From a virus (Duplodnaviria > Caudoviricetes), in IMG/VR virus record IMGVR_UViG_3300032243_001810, positions 1-43,528 of that record: a stretch of 43,528 nucleotides of DNA. One strand, written 5' to 3'. Below the pieces are notes generated by a model. That model searched no databases. It saw only the letters and a list, made by a program, of their open reading frames with translations, and was not told the DNA's origin. Of this stretch, positions 29,801-38,459 are shown piece by piece. Within the stretch, counting starts at the first letter, position 1. Each line of letters opens with the position of its first letter. A program made the translations under genes and the position numbers.

Positions 29801-30913
29801 TTGCTGTGTGCCTGGTCCTCTAAAAGTTTTTAATGATTGAGAATCTTCATCAAAACAAGTCGAATATCTTAACTCTTTTGTGATTAAGTCAAAAATCAAA
29901 GCAATTTTTGCTTCATCATCTTTAATGATTTTTAATAGAGCATCAATTTTGCTCATTGCAACTGATACATTTTTTATTACATCTTTTGCTGACTGTGAAG
30001 TTCCAGCTGAAGGTTGTTCGTCATTTTTAAATATCGATGTTCCTGTAACTTTTGTGTTAACATCTCCTATAGAAGATTGAAAGGCGGGTAAACTTAGTCT
30101 TAAAGAATTATCAATCTGCAAATATGAAGTTGATTCATCATTGTTTGACTTTACTGATGCAGGTAATAAATTTCTAGAATGAGAAAACAACAAAGTCCTA
30201 AGCTCTCTTAATGCTAAAAGCCATAGTTTTGTCGAACAATATTTTGATGAAGAATTTTGAGGTAAACCCATTACATCCATCAAAGAATTATCTAAGTTTA
30301 GATTATCAGGTAACTTGTTGACAATAGTTAACAAATCACTTTTTTTAGTTTTTCTAGAAGTAGAATCATCAAAAGATTTTTCTACAAATTCTATAGGAGA
30401 AAAATCATAAATTTTATTGTGCAAATTTAAGTTATTACTTGCAAGATTTAAAGTCCTTAATAATGAATTTAAATTAGAAAGTTTTTCTCGCAATCCTGCA
30501 ATTTCAACTTTAAAAGTATTGTTCTTGCTTTTTAAGAAATCTTTATCTTCAATTTCACTAAACAATTTTTGAGTTGTTGCATCAATTTGTCTTAATGACT
30601 CGATATAAACGTCAAATAGTTTTCCATTTTCTGTTTTATTCCCAAACTCATCGTATAAAGGATCAAAAGATGATAAAGAAATAATTTCTGGACGTTCTTC
30701 TGAGACATTTGACAGTTCTTCAAATTCCGTCGTTTGGCGTTTATTTGAAGTTTTAGATCTAATCGTAGGATCTATTTTAGGACGTGTGTCATCATCTTTT
30801 GACAAAGGACTAATAGAAACTAAAGATTGATTAGTATTCCTTTTTTTTGGCTGAGTTTGAATATTTCCAGCGCTAAAAGTTGATCCGTTATTTGCTTTTG
30901 GAAACTTAATCAT
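26807..30913 (-). CDS. Large hypothetical protein (1368 aa), probably virion-associated
   Basis: Long AT-rich ORF with few nucleotides between it and its neighbours; no recognisable motif. Confidence 0.6.
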   Translation of the reverse strand: MIKFPKANNGSTFSAGNIQTQPKKRNTNQSLVSISPLSKDDDTRPKIDPTIRSKTSNKRQTTEFEELSNVSEERPEIISLSSFDPLYDEFGNKTENGKLFDVYIESLRQIDATTQKLFSEIEDKDFLKSKNNTFKVEIAGLREKLSNLNSLLRTLNLASNNLNLHNKIYDFSPIEFVEKSFDDSTSRKTKKSDLLTIVNKLPDNLNLDNSLMDVMGLPQNSSSKYCSTKLWLLALRELRTLLFSHSRNLLPASVKSNNDESTSYLQIDNSLRLSLPAFQSSIGDVNTKVTGTSIFKNDEQPSAGTSQSAKDVIKNVSVAMSKIDALLKIIKDDEAKIALIFDLITKELRYSTCFDEDSQSLKTFRGPGTQQITSKNFFDSVFGNYVGGFDIFQKSPDFATVNLSVSDLCYTRDASNQDRGILTLEEKEQINISNELSVGSKYFFDPETIFTNIIGLRLNLSRVENLQKSLNRLDNNLFDIMSNFGMLPVDDSVFELSIRFPNEQNSSFQPHKPSILSSNPVKFIENVTSLMVGADGLSKIHRSAKPENNKSILNLKQEERGISSIFSIATQENDFGRNVRSCLFLIIEDMVGFSTNKVLDNNLFETLKSSNFQTSVDVKNAITKDKVESANFLNQTFINAFNKNFDDSVTSGQLSHDDRVDTGRFSAEDELKKSFKGLYENFKNGEQGALKYIPCKYDDAETFSNAVRNSPFVLDIVKIVRELKSIFTLYAAKGQNYTAFQNINLENIYMIFFTALCKMASQFSDNTIVSLSKNDNSLDNDTASNLGKISNVGDVFSIKLGYDRSLAEANELRQKFLDHLGFKKYELVLYVNNDNVSKTYKQKEISSYAQHELVSLLKISTSILNTLDILNSNVKSIDSAVKKFNSDSIAYILKYLNNDPRKLSLILKEPQLLLLLSSVEDVYQSFNDFNDDDKQQGEDNNLFTNYVQNTFYYPKMTEIYDLLFKDNDEYTTKKGYNKKILTIGIPQGMFDRLLKKSSLNSKNSKHNDIFKISVFKIDILNGDIIYRPKVFLFEASRFPARIYSEIKKTRNSDYREIFKAIPTRNYSLSVDGSSYDLGNPVYWDDKSNVFGNEYSFLTEDEKNQVIENHVLSYVLENYMKVITGMTLNDLTFNLDSREIESLVTLIHDVDVVKRLSDARDLLSAKADKAELNSRKLQIASKSIGSSLGLGGKNLSKLQIKPVAIEKQTTNNLMRLQIDSKKPSLNLSKIVKTAQSLILSPDPYITKFINPKKFDRVFNVIFDPEFEVNYEKTTATTTGAEKLKTLIRQGSIIQKRPEVNEYVDADKSSLDLSLESFFVVVETHAEQFVLPIQSRGLTAQNQALQSNSFTASNIKNSLTDKNVKNQYRK

Positions 30914-30926
30914 TTCTAAAATCTCT

Positions 30927-33422
30927 TTAATCTATATCAGTAATTAGCAGTCCGTCTGAAATTGCTTCACTACCAGAAGAAAAATCCATATAAACGGGGG
31001 TTATGATAAACTTAACATACCCTATATCATCATGTGATATTTCATATACAAACGTCGCTTGTTCTCTAGACAGAGTGTGGGATTTTCCTATAATTCTTCT
31101 AACCCCGTCTATTTCTCTAGAAATAATTAAATGATCAATTAAAGATTGATCTCCTTGAATAGTCCATGCTAAATAAACTTTTCTATTTCCTAAAAACGAA
31201 GCACTGAAAAGATTAATAACTGGTTTCGATCCTACAAAAGAAGCTTCTACTTGATATGAAGTTCCAATAAATCCATATAACATATCTTCTTTAGGATCAG
31301 ATTCTTGCTCAATAACTCTTTTTGGAACTACGCTACCTCTAATCAAAGAGATTGGATGAAGATGCTTTCTTGGATTCATCTTATATTTCTTTTTAGTTTC
31401 AACATCTGTCATTTCTTGAATTTGAGAAATGACCGTATTAGGATCTCTAACTAAAGGAAATATTGCGTACTTGTAGTGATTATTATATGTTAATGATTTA
31501 GCCGAATACAACTTGCTTCTTTGGGAATCTACAAAAGTTGTTTTATTTGGTATGATTCCAAGATTTTCAACGTCGCCAGTAGACAAATTATACCTTACTA
31601 TGTTGAAAGCAATGAACTTGTCAAAATTTGCTTTTCTTGAAGTTAGTTGCGCTTCATCATATGACGCATTGACTTGATTAAGCAGATCTCTAAAAACACC
31701 AATCTGATCTTGAACTAAATTTGCAGAAACCGAAAATTGAATGTCATCTCCAGAATTCAAAACTTCAGAAATTTCAATATCAAATGGATTTCCAGTAAAT
31801 GGAACGTATTCAATTAATGTTGAATATGAAGAAATAGATTCAACACCATTATTTTCAATAATTTTTGTTGTTAACTCGTAAACATGGTAAGGTATCAAGT
31901 TTTTGCTTAAAGTCAAAGTAGCTGTTGAATTACTAGATTGAAACTGAAAAACATCGTTAACAATAGTATAGTTTTTTTGTCTAACAGTCACATCGCGAAT
32001 TAATAAATTCGCAGCTACTATATTAGAAAATGTATTGTAAGCTACTACCTTAATACCAGATTCAGTGATTTGAGGAATGATTATTAGCTTTTTCTTTATG
32101 TCCATCAACGAGTTATTATTGATCAAGACATCAGAAAAGTTTGATGAAACAAAATTAGGAGAAAACTTGTTATAAGGAACGATTCTGTATATAACGTTTT
32201 CTTGATTGAAGTTTGTATAAGAAAATCTTCCTATCCCTATTTCTTTACTTAATCCTACTTGATCAATTAGCTCATATGGATCATGCATGTTTTTATCGCT
32301 AATTGAAAAACTTCTTTTATAAATTTTTACGCCGCTTGAACGATCATCATTTTGTTTAATTTGCAAAACTACGTTTGATCCGTTTTTAAAAGCTGATACA
32401 GATGGAGCTTCACGCGGAGTAAGATATTTCTTTATATGATCTTCTACGTTTAGATTTTTTTCTATAATTTCAACAGGAGTCGTGCTTGATTCATTAGAAG
32501 ATTTTAATAACTCAAATTTAACATTCAATATTGAAGAAAGTTGATTTTTGTTATTCTTTTGAGAACTAACATCATTTTTAATTAAAATTTTTGTTTTTAT
32601 TGTTATTGTGTCATCATAAGTTTGGCTAACTGAAGTAACATATTCTGATTTAGGAGATAAATTTTGACCACTAAAAAGATAGGAATTAGTTAATGCAGTA
32701 ATAGGACTTCCTGGATATTCATTATGAGAACTTTTTCTAGATAACCCTTTTAATTTTTGATTAGTACTAATGCTTCTATCTGCAATAGAAGTAACAATAG
32801 TTGGGGATATTGATTTTTTTTGAATCAAATCAAGTCTGGCGGCTTTGGAATCTATAAAAGATTCTTTATTTATGTCCAAGTTAGTGTCATTTAATGTAGC
32901 GTGTCCTAACTCTTGTTTAATAATACCAGAAATTTTTGGTTCTTCAGATTCCTTTTGATCTATCTTTTGAACTAAAATTTTTGTTTTTTGAAAACCTACG
33001 TTATCTAAAGGCTGTTTTGCTTTTAAATAAGATAAAACTTGATTGTTTATTTTTGAAGTTATATCACTTCTTTTATAAGCAATTATAGAATTTGATTCAT
33101 TTAAAAGAATGTTATTAACTTTTGTACGATGCGTAAGAATGTTGTCTAATAAATCATCAGTATTAATGACTCCTAGCTTTCTAGAAGTAACAATAACCGG
33201 TCTAGATTTATTTATCGATTTTACTGTTATTGCAACAGATAAAGCATTTTCTTCTATTGCTTTTATTTGTGAAACTTTATAAACAAACTCAAATTGTAAT
33301 TCATCTCCAGAATACTGAGCACGAGGGTCTGGTATACTAGGTGTAATGTTGACTAATGTAGCAAAATTGTCATCAACTTGCAATATGCCGTTATTAGTTT
33401 TTGATTTATTGTTAAAGTACAC
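30927..33422 (-). CDS. Large hypothetical protein with Ig/FN3-like beta repeats
   Basis: Repeated patterns such as VKIYKR..YRIVPY, FVD..YKYAIFP, LAW.I..GYVKFIITPVY. Confidence 0.55.
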   Translation of the reverse strand: MYFNNKSKTNNGILQVDDNFATLVNITPSIPDPRAQYSGDELQFEFVYKVSQIKAIEENALSVAITVKSINKSRPVIVTSRKLGVINTDDLLDNILTHRTKVNNILLNESNSIIAYKRSDITSKINNQVLSYLKAKQPLDNVGFQKTKILVQKIDQKESEEPKISGIIKQELGHATLNDTNLDINKESFIDSKAARLDLIQKKSISPTIVTSIADRSISTNQKLKGLSRKSSHNEYPGSPITALTNSYLFSGQNLSPKSEYVTSVSQTYDDTITIKTKILIKNDVSSQKNNKNQLSSILNVKFELLKSSNESSTTPVEIIEKNLNVEDHIKKYLTPREAPSVSAFKNGSNVVLQIKQNDDRSSGVKIYKRSFSISDKNMHDPYELIDQVGLSKEIGIGRFSYTNFNQENVIYRIVPYNKFSPNFVSSNFSDVLINNNSLMDIKKKLIIIPQITESGIKVVAYNTFSNIVAANLLIRDVTVRQKNYTIVNDVFQFQSSNSTATLTLSKNLIPYHVYELTTKIIENNGVESISSYSTLIEYVPFTGNPFDIEISEVLNSGDDIQFSVSANLVQDQIGVFRDLLNQVNASYDEAQLTSRKANFDKFIAFNIVRYNLSTGDVENLGIIPNKTTFVDSQRSKLYSAKSLTYNNHYKYAIFPLVRDPNTVISQIQEMTDVETKKKYKMNPRKHLHPISLIRGSVVPKRVIEQESDPKEDMLYGFIGTSYQVEASFVGSKPVINLFSASFLGNRKVYLAWTIQGDQSLIDHLIISREIDGVRRIIGKSHTLSREQATFVYEISHDDIGYVKFIITPVYMDFSSGSEAISDGLLITDID

Positions 33423-33430
33423 CTGGTCAC

Positions 33431-34414
33431 CTATTCGAAAACTATAGTAAACATTCTAACAAACGTTTGAGTTCCATTATCATCCATAAAAACTTTTCCA
33501 ACAAAATAAGCTTGTTTAACTGTATCGTTATATCGATATGATCCATATTCAACAACATCTAATTTCTTCATGTCAGAGTTGTTTATTTCAAAAATTTGAG
33601 AAACAAGCTTGTTGTTTAAAGAAGTTGGATTAAAATTGATCGTTTTTTTATAACCTAATTTTTCTAATTCTTGAAGATCATCTTCTAGTTCGATATTTGT
33701 GTATTCATCATATTCTCCAAACCTAGAATAATCTCCTATTTTATTTGCTTCTATTACGTCTATGTCGGATTTTTCGATTAGATTGTTATCAAGTTTGTTT
33801 ATTGGAGGTAAATAAGAAAAATTCAACGATTTATTGAAAACTTTATCGTTGAATAAGCTTGGTAGATCGTTTATTAATCTTGTTTGTAGTAATGAATCTT
33901 TTATTGGACTATAATCAGAAATTAAAAACTCAACATTAGAAACACCGGTTCCAAAACCTTCATCTTCAAAGATGTAGTCACGAGTTCCTAAAACATAAAG
34001 ATTTTTAAAATTGTCTATTGAAGATGCTAACAAATCTGTAGCAGTAGAAGCAAACTGCGAACCAGAAAGATAACTAAAAGTTTCTCTTGCAGATCCAGAA
34101 AATTCATCTTTAAATTTGTAAGTTAATATTTTACCGCTAGAAAGACTAATGTCATTACTATTTTTAAATGGTTTTAATCTACCAGAATCATCTGCTTCAA
34201 ATGTTATTTGATCTTGAGGAAGATGACACTCTTCAAAGTAAAGTCTATTTGTTGGATCAGCAGAACCGCTAACAACGCTAGGATCATAAAAAGTGGCATT
34301 ATCAGTAAAACTGATATACTCAATTTTTAATTTGCCATCTGCCATTTGTCGTCTCCCTTCAAGGGTGACAATGGTATCCATTATTCTAGTTCTATTGTCT
34401 AGGATCCCGCTCAT
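33431..34414 (-). CDS. Putative baseplate/tail protein, N-terminal paralog of 24132..24851
   Basis: MSGILDNRTRIMDTIVTLEGRRQMA..IEYISFTD..FY aligns by eye with MGFLDHSTNNIILDAVLTDTGRQFLS..FKFALGD..NY. Confidence 0.6.
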   Translation of the reverse strand: MSGILDNRTRIMDTIVTLEGRRQMADGKLKIEYISFTDNATFYDPSVVSGSADPTNRLYFEECHLPQDQITFEADDSGRLKPFKNSNDISLSSGKILTYKFKDEFSGSARETFSYLSGSQFASTATDLLASSIDNFKNLYVLGTRDYIFEDEGFGTGVSNVEFLISDYSPIKDSLLQTRLINDLPSLFNDKVFNKSLNFSYLPPINKLDNNLIEKSDIDVIEANKIGDYSRFGEYDEYTNIELEDDLQELEKLGYKKTINFNPTSLNNKLVSQIFEINNSDMKKLDVVEYGSYRYNDTVKQAYFVGKVFMDDNGTQTFVRMFTIVFE

Positions 34415-34461
34415 GGCAATATCAATTATGCGTCTCTTTGAATAATTTACCTTTTAGAAAG

Positions 34462-35826
34462 TTATAAAATCTTTGAAGCCAAAGTAGCTAACGGACTTCT
34501 TTCACCTTTGAGTAATGTAACGTGAGCAGCAATTGAATATTCTTTGAACTTTTCAATTGCATAAGTAAGACCGTTTGTATATGCATCTACGTCTACGTTG
34601 TCAATCTGTTCAATGTCTCCAGTGAGAACAATCTTAGTTCCTTCACCTACTCTGGTGACGATTGTCTTTAACTCATGCATTGAAAGGTTTTGAGCCTCAT
34701 CAATGATGATGAATGCGTTTGGAATAGACCTTCCGCGAATAAAAGAAATTGCTTCAATTTCTATTAAACCTTTTTGTTGCATCAGTTCCATGTAAGGATC
34801 AGATGACATTAGATTTTCTTTTGATTTACGACCAGGTTTCTTACCATTAATACCTAAAAGAAAATCTAAATTGTCTTTAATAGGCGCTATCCATGGTTCC
34901 ATTTTCTCTTCCAAAGTACCTGGAAGATAACCAATGTCTTTACCTACAGGTTGGACTGGTCTAGAAACTATTAACTTTTGATATTTTGATTGAGACCCAA
35001 TAGAAACAAGTTGATCAAGGCCTGCTGCAATTGCTAATAAAGTTTTACCGCAACCAGCTTTACCAATCATGGATAATAGTTTAACATTTTCATCCATCAA
35101 CAAATCTAAAGAAAATTGTTGTTCTTTGTTTCTAGGACGAAGACCGAAGACGCTTTCAATTTTTGCTAAAGATCTAAGAGAACCATCTTCATAAGCTCTT
35201 GACATGCCAGATTTAATAGTGTTTCCTTGCTCATCGATTGTCTTAATAATCACTATTTGATTTGGAAATATCTGTTCTTGAGTTGCATCTGAAGTTTTTA
35301 TTTTACCATTAAGATAAAAAGAATCAACGACGTCTTCAGTTGTATGAACTACCTTTACTCCACGATACAATTCATCTATATCAGATGAAACTCTCATGCT
35401 CAAATAATCTTGACATTTTAAGCCGAGAGCATCACATTTTACTCTTATGTTAATATCTTTAGAAACAAGTACAAGATTTTTGTCTTCATAAGATAACATA
35501 AACCCAATGATCATGTTATCAACACTGGAACTTACAGACAAATCTTTTGGTAAAAAAGTTGCTGGGTCTTTTGGGGATGGAACTATTCTGATGGTTCCTC
35601 CACCTCTGGTTTTTACACCATCATGAAAGCTACCTTGATTACGCATTGCATCAAGAGTTCTACTAACTTGTCTTGCATTTCGACCTACGTCATCATTTCT
35701 AGTTTTATGCTTATCTAACTCTTCCAATACTAGAATTGGAATAAGCAAATCATTGTCTTCAAAACTATGAATGCAGTCTGGGTCGCTAAGAAATACATTT
35801 GTATCTAAAACATAGGTTTTTGTCAT
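34462..35826 (-). CDS. phoH: PIN-PhoH (PhoH2/YlaK-like) RNase-ATPase
   Basis: PIN motifs YVLDTNV, VLEELD, DN.I, LVSKDINIR; PhoH motifs PRNKEQ, GKAGCGKT, IGYLPG.LEEKM.PW, IRGRS, IIDEAQN, LTGD.EQID. Confidence 0.93.
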   Translation of the reverse strand: MTKTYVLDTNVFLSDPDCIHSFEDNDLLIPILVLEELDKHKTRNDDVGRNARQVSRTLDAMRNQGSFHDGVKTRGGGTIRIVPSPKDPATFLPKDLSVSSSVDNMIIGFMLSYEDKNLVLVSKDINIRVKCDALGLKCQDYLSMRVSSDIDELYRGVKVVHTTEDVVDSFYLNGKIKTSDATQEQIFPNQIVIIKTIDEQGNTIKSGMSRAYEDGSLRSLAKIESVFGLRPRNKEQQFSLDLLMDENVKLLSMIGKAGCGKTLLAIAAGLDQLVSIGSQSKYQKLIVSRPVQPVGKDIGYLPGTLEEKMEPWIAPIKDNLDFLLGINGKKPGRKSKENLMSSDPYMELMQQKGLIEIEAISFIRGRSIPNAFIIIDEAQNLSMHELKTIVTRVGEGTKIVLTGDIEQIDNVDVDAYTNGLTYAIEKFKEYSIAAHVTLLKGERSPLATLASKIL

Positions 35827-35893
35827 GTTATTCTATATGAACAATAGTAAATTCATTACTTAAATTATAAACTAATCCTAAGACTAAACAAAA

Positions 35894-36139
35894 ATGAAAT
35901 TACCCGTACTTAACACAAAATGTTTTGAAGCTCATGCAAGTTACAAAGTAAACTGCCAAAAGAAAAGCTGCCGGCATTACATCAATAATCCTGACAGCTT
36001 TAACTGCGTTGTAATTGCATCCCAAAATGGTCCTTATACGCTTCAAAAGATTGGAAAGATTTACGGGCTTACTAGAATGAGAATTTGTCAAATTGAAAAG
36101 AGCATCATTCAAAAAATAAAGAATTCTATTTTGATATGA
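35894..36139 (+). CDS. Stand-alone sigma-70 region-4-like HTH protein with Cys-rich N-terminus
   Basis: YTLQKIGKIYGLTRMRICQIEKSIIQKIK matches sigma-70 region 4.2 (TLEEVG..F.VTRERIRQIE.KAL.KL); four Cys upstream. Transcribed divergently from phoH. Confidence 0.75.
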   Translation: MKLPVLNTKCFEAHASYKVNCQKKSCRHYINNPDSFNCVVIASQNGPYTLQKIGKIYGLTRMRICQIEKSIIQKIKNSILI

Positions 36140-36448
36140 TTAAGAAGACTTCTTTTTCTTAAAAGATTTATTAATCTTTTCTTCTTTTAAATCTTTTGTT
36201 GTTTCAACGGACAAATTTGCAATTTCATCAAGAGTTTCTACTTTTGTTGGAGTTGCAATTTCTTGTTTGGTTACAATTTCTTGTTTTTCAGCAATTTCTT
36301 CTTTTAAAGATATTGTATCAACCTTTTGTTCATCAACTGATTTTGTGTGAACAAGCAAACCTGATTTATTAAGTTTAGTATAAGCAACTTTAGGATCAAG
36401 CTTAAGTTCATTTATATTTGCTAATATTGCTCTTCTAGGGGCTGGCAT
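36140..36448 (-). CDS. Hypothetical protein
   Basis: 102 aa ORF with SD GAGGT; K/E-rich; its stop abuts the stop of the sigma-4 gene. Confidence 0.55.
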   Translation of the reverse strand: MPAPRRAILANINELKLDPKVAYTKLNKSGLLVHTKSVDEQKVDTISLKEEIAEKQEIVTKQEIATPTKVETLDEIANLSVETTKDLKEEKINKSFKKKKSS

Positions 36449-36462
36449 TTATATTACCTCAT

Positions 36463-36500
36463 TAAAAAAGGGGATACACATTGTCTATATGTATCCCCTT
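36463..36500 (-). terminator. Rho-independent terminator after the Hc1 gene
   Basis: 11-bp stem AAGGGGATACA/TGTATCCCCTT followed by a T run on the minus strand. Confidence 0.75.
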
Positions 36501-36520
36501 GTGAAAAAAGTATCAATTTT

Positions 36521-36721
36521 TCAATCTGACTTCTTTGTCTTATCAAGAGTAATTGTTAATTTCACAAGTTCTCCTGCCTTGGTCTTTAGCTCTCTAAGAC
36601 CTTTACGAACTCTGACGCCTGCAGCGGCAGTACCTTTAGCATTCTTTGCAACATCGTGCTCAAGAGACTCAACCAAAGCCTTCAAATCGGACCACTTAGC
36701 TAAAACTTCATTATCAGACAT
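36521..36721 (-). CDS. Histone H1-like nucleoid protein, Hc1 family
   Basis: LKALVESLE.D..K..KG..AAG.R.RK.L.ELK is the Hc1-family pattern; strong SD AGGAGG; own terminator. Confidence 0.8.
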   Translation of the reverse strand: MSDNEVLAKWSDLKALVESLEHDVAKNAKGTAAAGVRVRKGLRELKTKAGELVKLTITLDKTKKSD

Positions 36722-36771
36722 TTTTGATAACCTCCTTTTGCAAATATAGGCATACGAGTCCAGGAGTAAAA

Positions 36772-38418
36772 TTAAGCTACTATAAAATCATGTGTAAACA
36801 TGTTTCGATTCATTTTATAAAAACGTTCCCAATCTCCATCCAGGATATATGATTCAGCATGATCGTTTTCATTTCTAATTGATCTTCCTAAGGATTGAAT
36901 CACTGACTTAGCTGTCATATACGGATACCAAAATTGGTTCTTTTCCATTCTTTTCTTTACAACAAGGTCTCCCAAATAAGGAAATGGAACCTTACAAATT
37001 ATTTGAAATCTACTATTGTCATCAAACAGATCGACACCTTCCATCATCGATGGACTCAATAGAACTGTAGGATCTTTTGACTCAAGATGAAACTTCAACA
37101 TTTGATCTCGATTTGTGGAATCATGCATCAACAACCGAGGTGACCCCAAGGCTTCGTTGATGTATTTTGCAACTTTATAATTTGAACAGTGAATTATGCC
37201 TTTGTCATTTGAATGTTTTTCTAAGAGCATCCTTACGGCCTCTGCCATAGCTGGTAGAGTATTGTCTATGTTGTTCTTTGACATAGATCCGACGGGGATG
37301 AAATGAATCGGTCTATTCTCAACAGGAAAAGGTGATTGAATGTTAAGGTATGCCGCATCTTTTTTATTAATTCCTAATGAATCACAAAAAATATCATTAT
37401 TAACGATGGTCGCAGACATTAACAAGACCCTACCACCATTCTTAAAAAATACGTCATGACTGTATGGTGAAACATCAATCGGTTTAAATTCGAATTTTTT
37501 TCCTGCCTTTTTGTTGTCAGGAGAAGGATATACAACGTTCAGAATCCAGTTGTTAGGATTATAAACTTCTGTAAATCTGTTGATTTTGCATACATGCTTG
37601 TCCAACATCTCATATTGTTTTGAGAATGTACCATATCCTTCAATGTCTCCGCTAAGCTTTGCCAAAGACTTTTCAAGATTTTTCATGTATTTGTTAGCAG
37701 CTTTTGAATATATCTTGTTGATCCAGTCGTAGATAGAAGCTTGATCAAAGTTCTTGGGCATTTTACACTTTAAAACATCTCTAGCAAACTTTTCAGAGAA
37801 AGTAACTTCAATAAATTTCCCTAGTTCTGACTCAGTATTATGAGCCTCATCTACAACCAATAATGCTCGTGGTTCAAGCTTTCCTGCATACATTGTTTCA
37901 GCAAGAAAATAAGAAAAGTTTGTGACAGAAACTGGAGAATCTATGAATTCCTGTTTCTCCAATCCATATGGACACTGAGTCTTGCACTGTTTTTGAAATT
38001 CTGATCCTGAGAGGTGTTTTGCTAGCTTGCTAAGAATCCTTCTAGATTCTGCGCATGATTGATCCGAATAAAAAGAGCACTGATAGTTTGAACTTGATTT
38101 AATCGATCTTAATAATGGTGTCTTATCTTTTGTCCCACCAAAGTCTCGAAGATATTGTTCTTGAAGTATCTTTTGAGTTGTGATGACATATGATCCTGTC
38201 ATTAAATCTCCGTTTTGATCCCTTAGCGGAGGAGCATGAGCATCAAGATATTTAGCAATTGTGATACCAATTGCTGATTTACCAACGCCCGTTCCTAACT
38301 CAAGGATTACAAATCTTTTTCCAGATTCATAAGCGTCAATCGCAAACTCTATAGCTTTTGCTTGTTCTTTTCTTATTTTTGAAAAAGGAAAATACCGGAC
38401 ATAATCGTGAGCAGGCAT
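36772..38418 (-). CDS. DinG/Rad3(XPD)-like SF2 helicase
   Basis: Q motif R.EQ, LGTGVGKS, LQEQY..DF, Cys cluster (candidate Fe-S site) ending CPY, VDEAHN, LMSATI, EGVD, I.KVPFP, Q.LGR.IR..D..ILD. Confidence 0.88.
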   Translation of the reverse strand: MPAHDYVRYFPFSKIRKEQAKAIEFAIDAYESGKRFVILELGTGVGKSAIGITIAKYLDAHAPPLRDQNGDLMTGSYVITTQKILQEQYLRDFGGTKDKTPLLRSIKSSSNYQCSFYSDQSCAESRRILSKLAKHLSGSEFQKQCKTQCPYGLEKQEFIDSPVSVTNFSYFLAETMYAGKLEPRALLVVDEAHNTESELGKFIEVTFSEKFARDVLKCKMPKNFDQASIYDWINKIYSKAANKYMKNLEKSLAKLSGDIEGYGTFSKQYEMLDKHVCKINRFTEVYNPNNWILNVVYPSPDNKKAGKKFEFKPIDVSPYSHDVFFKNGGRVLLMSATIVNNDIFCDSLGINKKDAAYLNIQSPFPVENRPIHFIPVGSMSKNNIDNTLPAMAEAVRMLLEKHSNDKGIIHCSNYKVAKYINEALGSPRLLMHDSTNRDQMLKFHLESKDPTVLLSPSMMEGVDLFDDNSRFQIICKVPFPYLGDLVVKKRMEKNQFWYPYMTAKSVIQSLGRSIRNENDHAESYILDGDWERFYKMNRNMFTHDFIVA

Positions 38419-38459
38419 GAACTCATTCTAACACCTTTAATGTTAAAATTACACTTTCA

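Noticed and set aside
36489-36749. Plus-strand 86-aa ORF, and the minus-strand ORF 35900..36112
   Set aside because: They are antisense to the better supported Hc1 and sigma-4-like genes.
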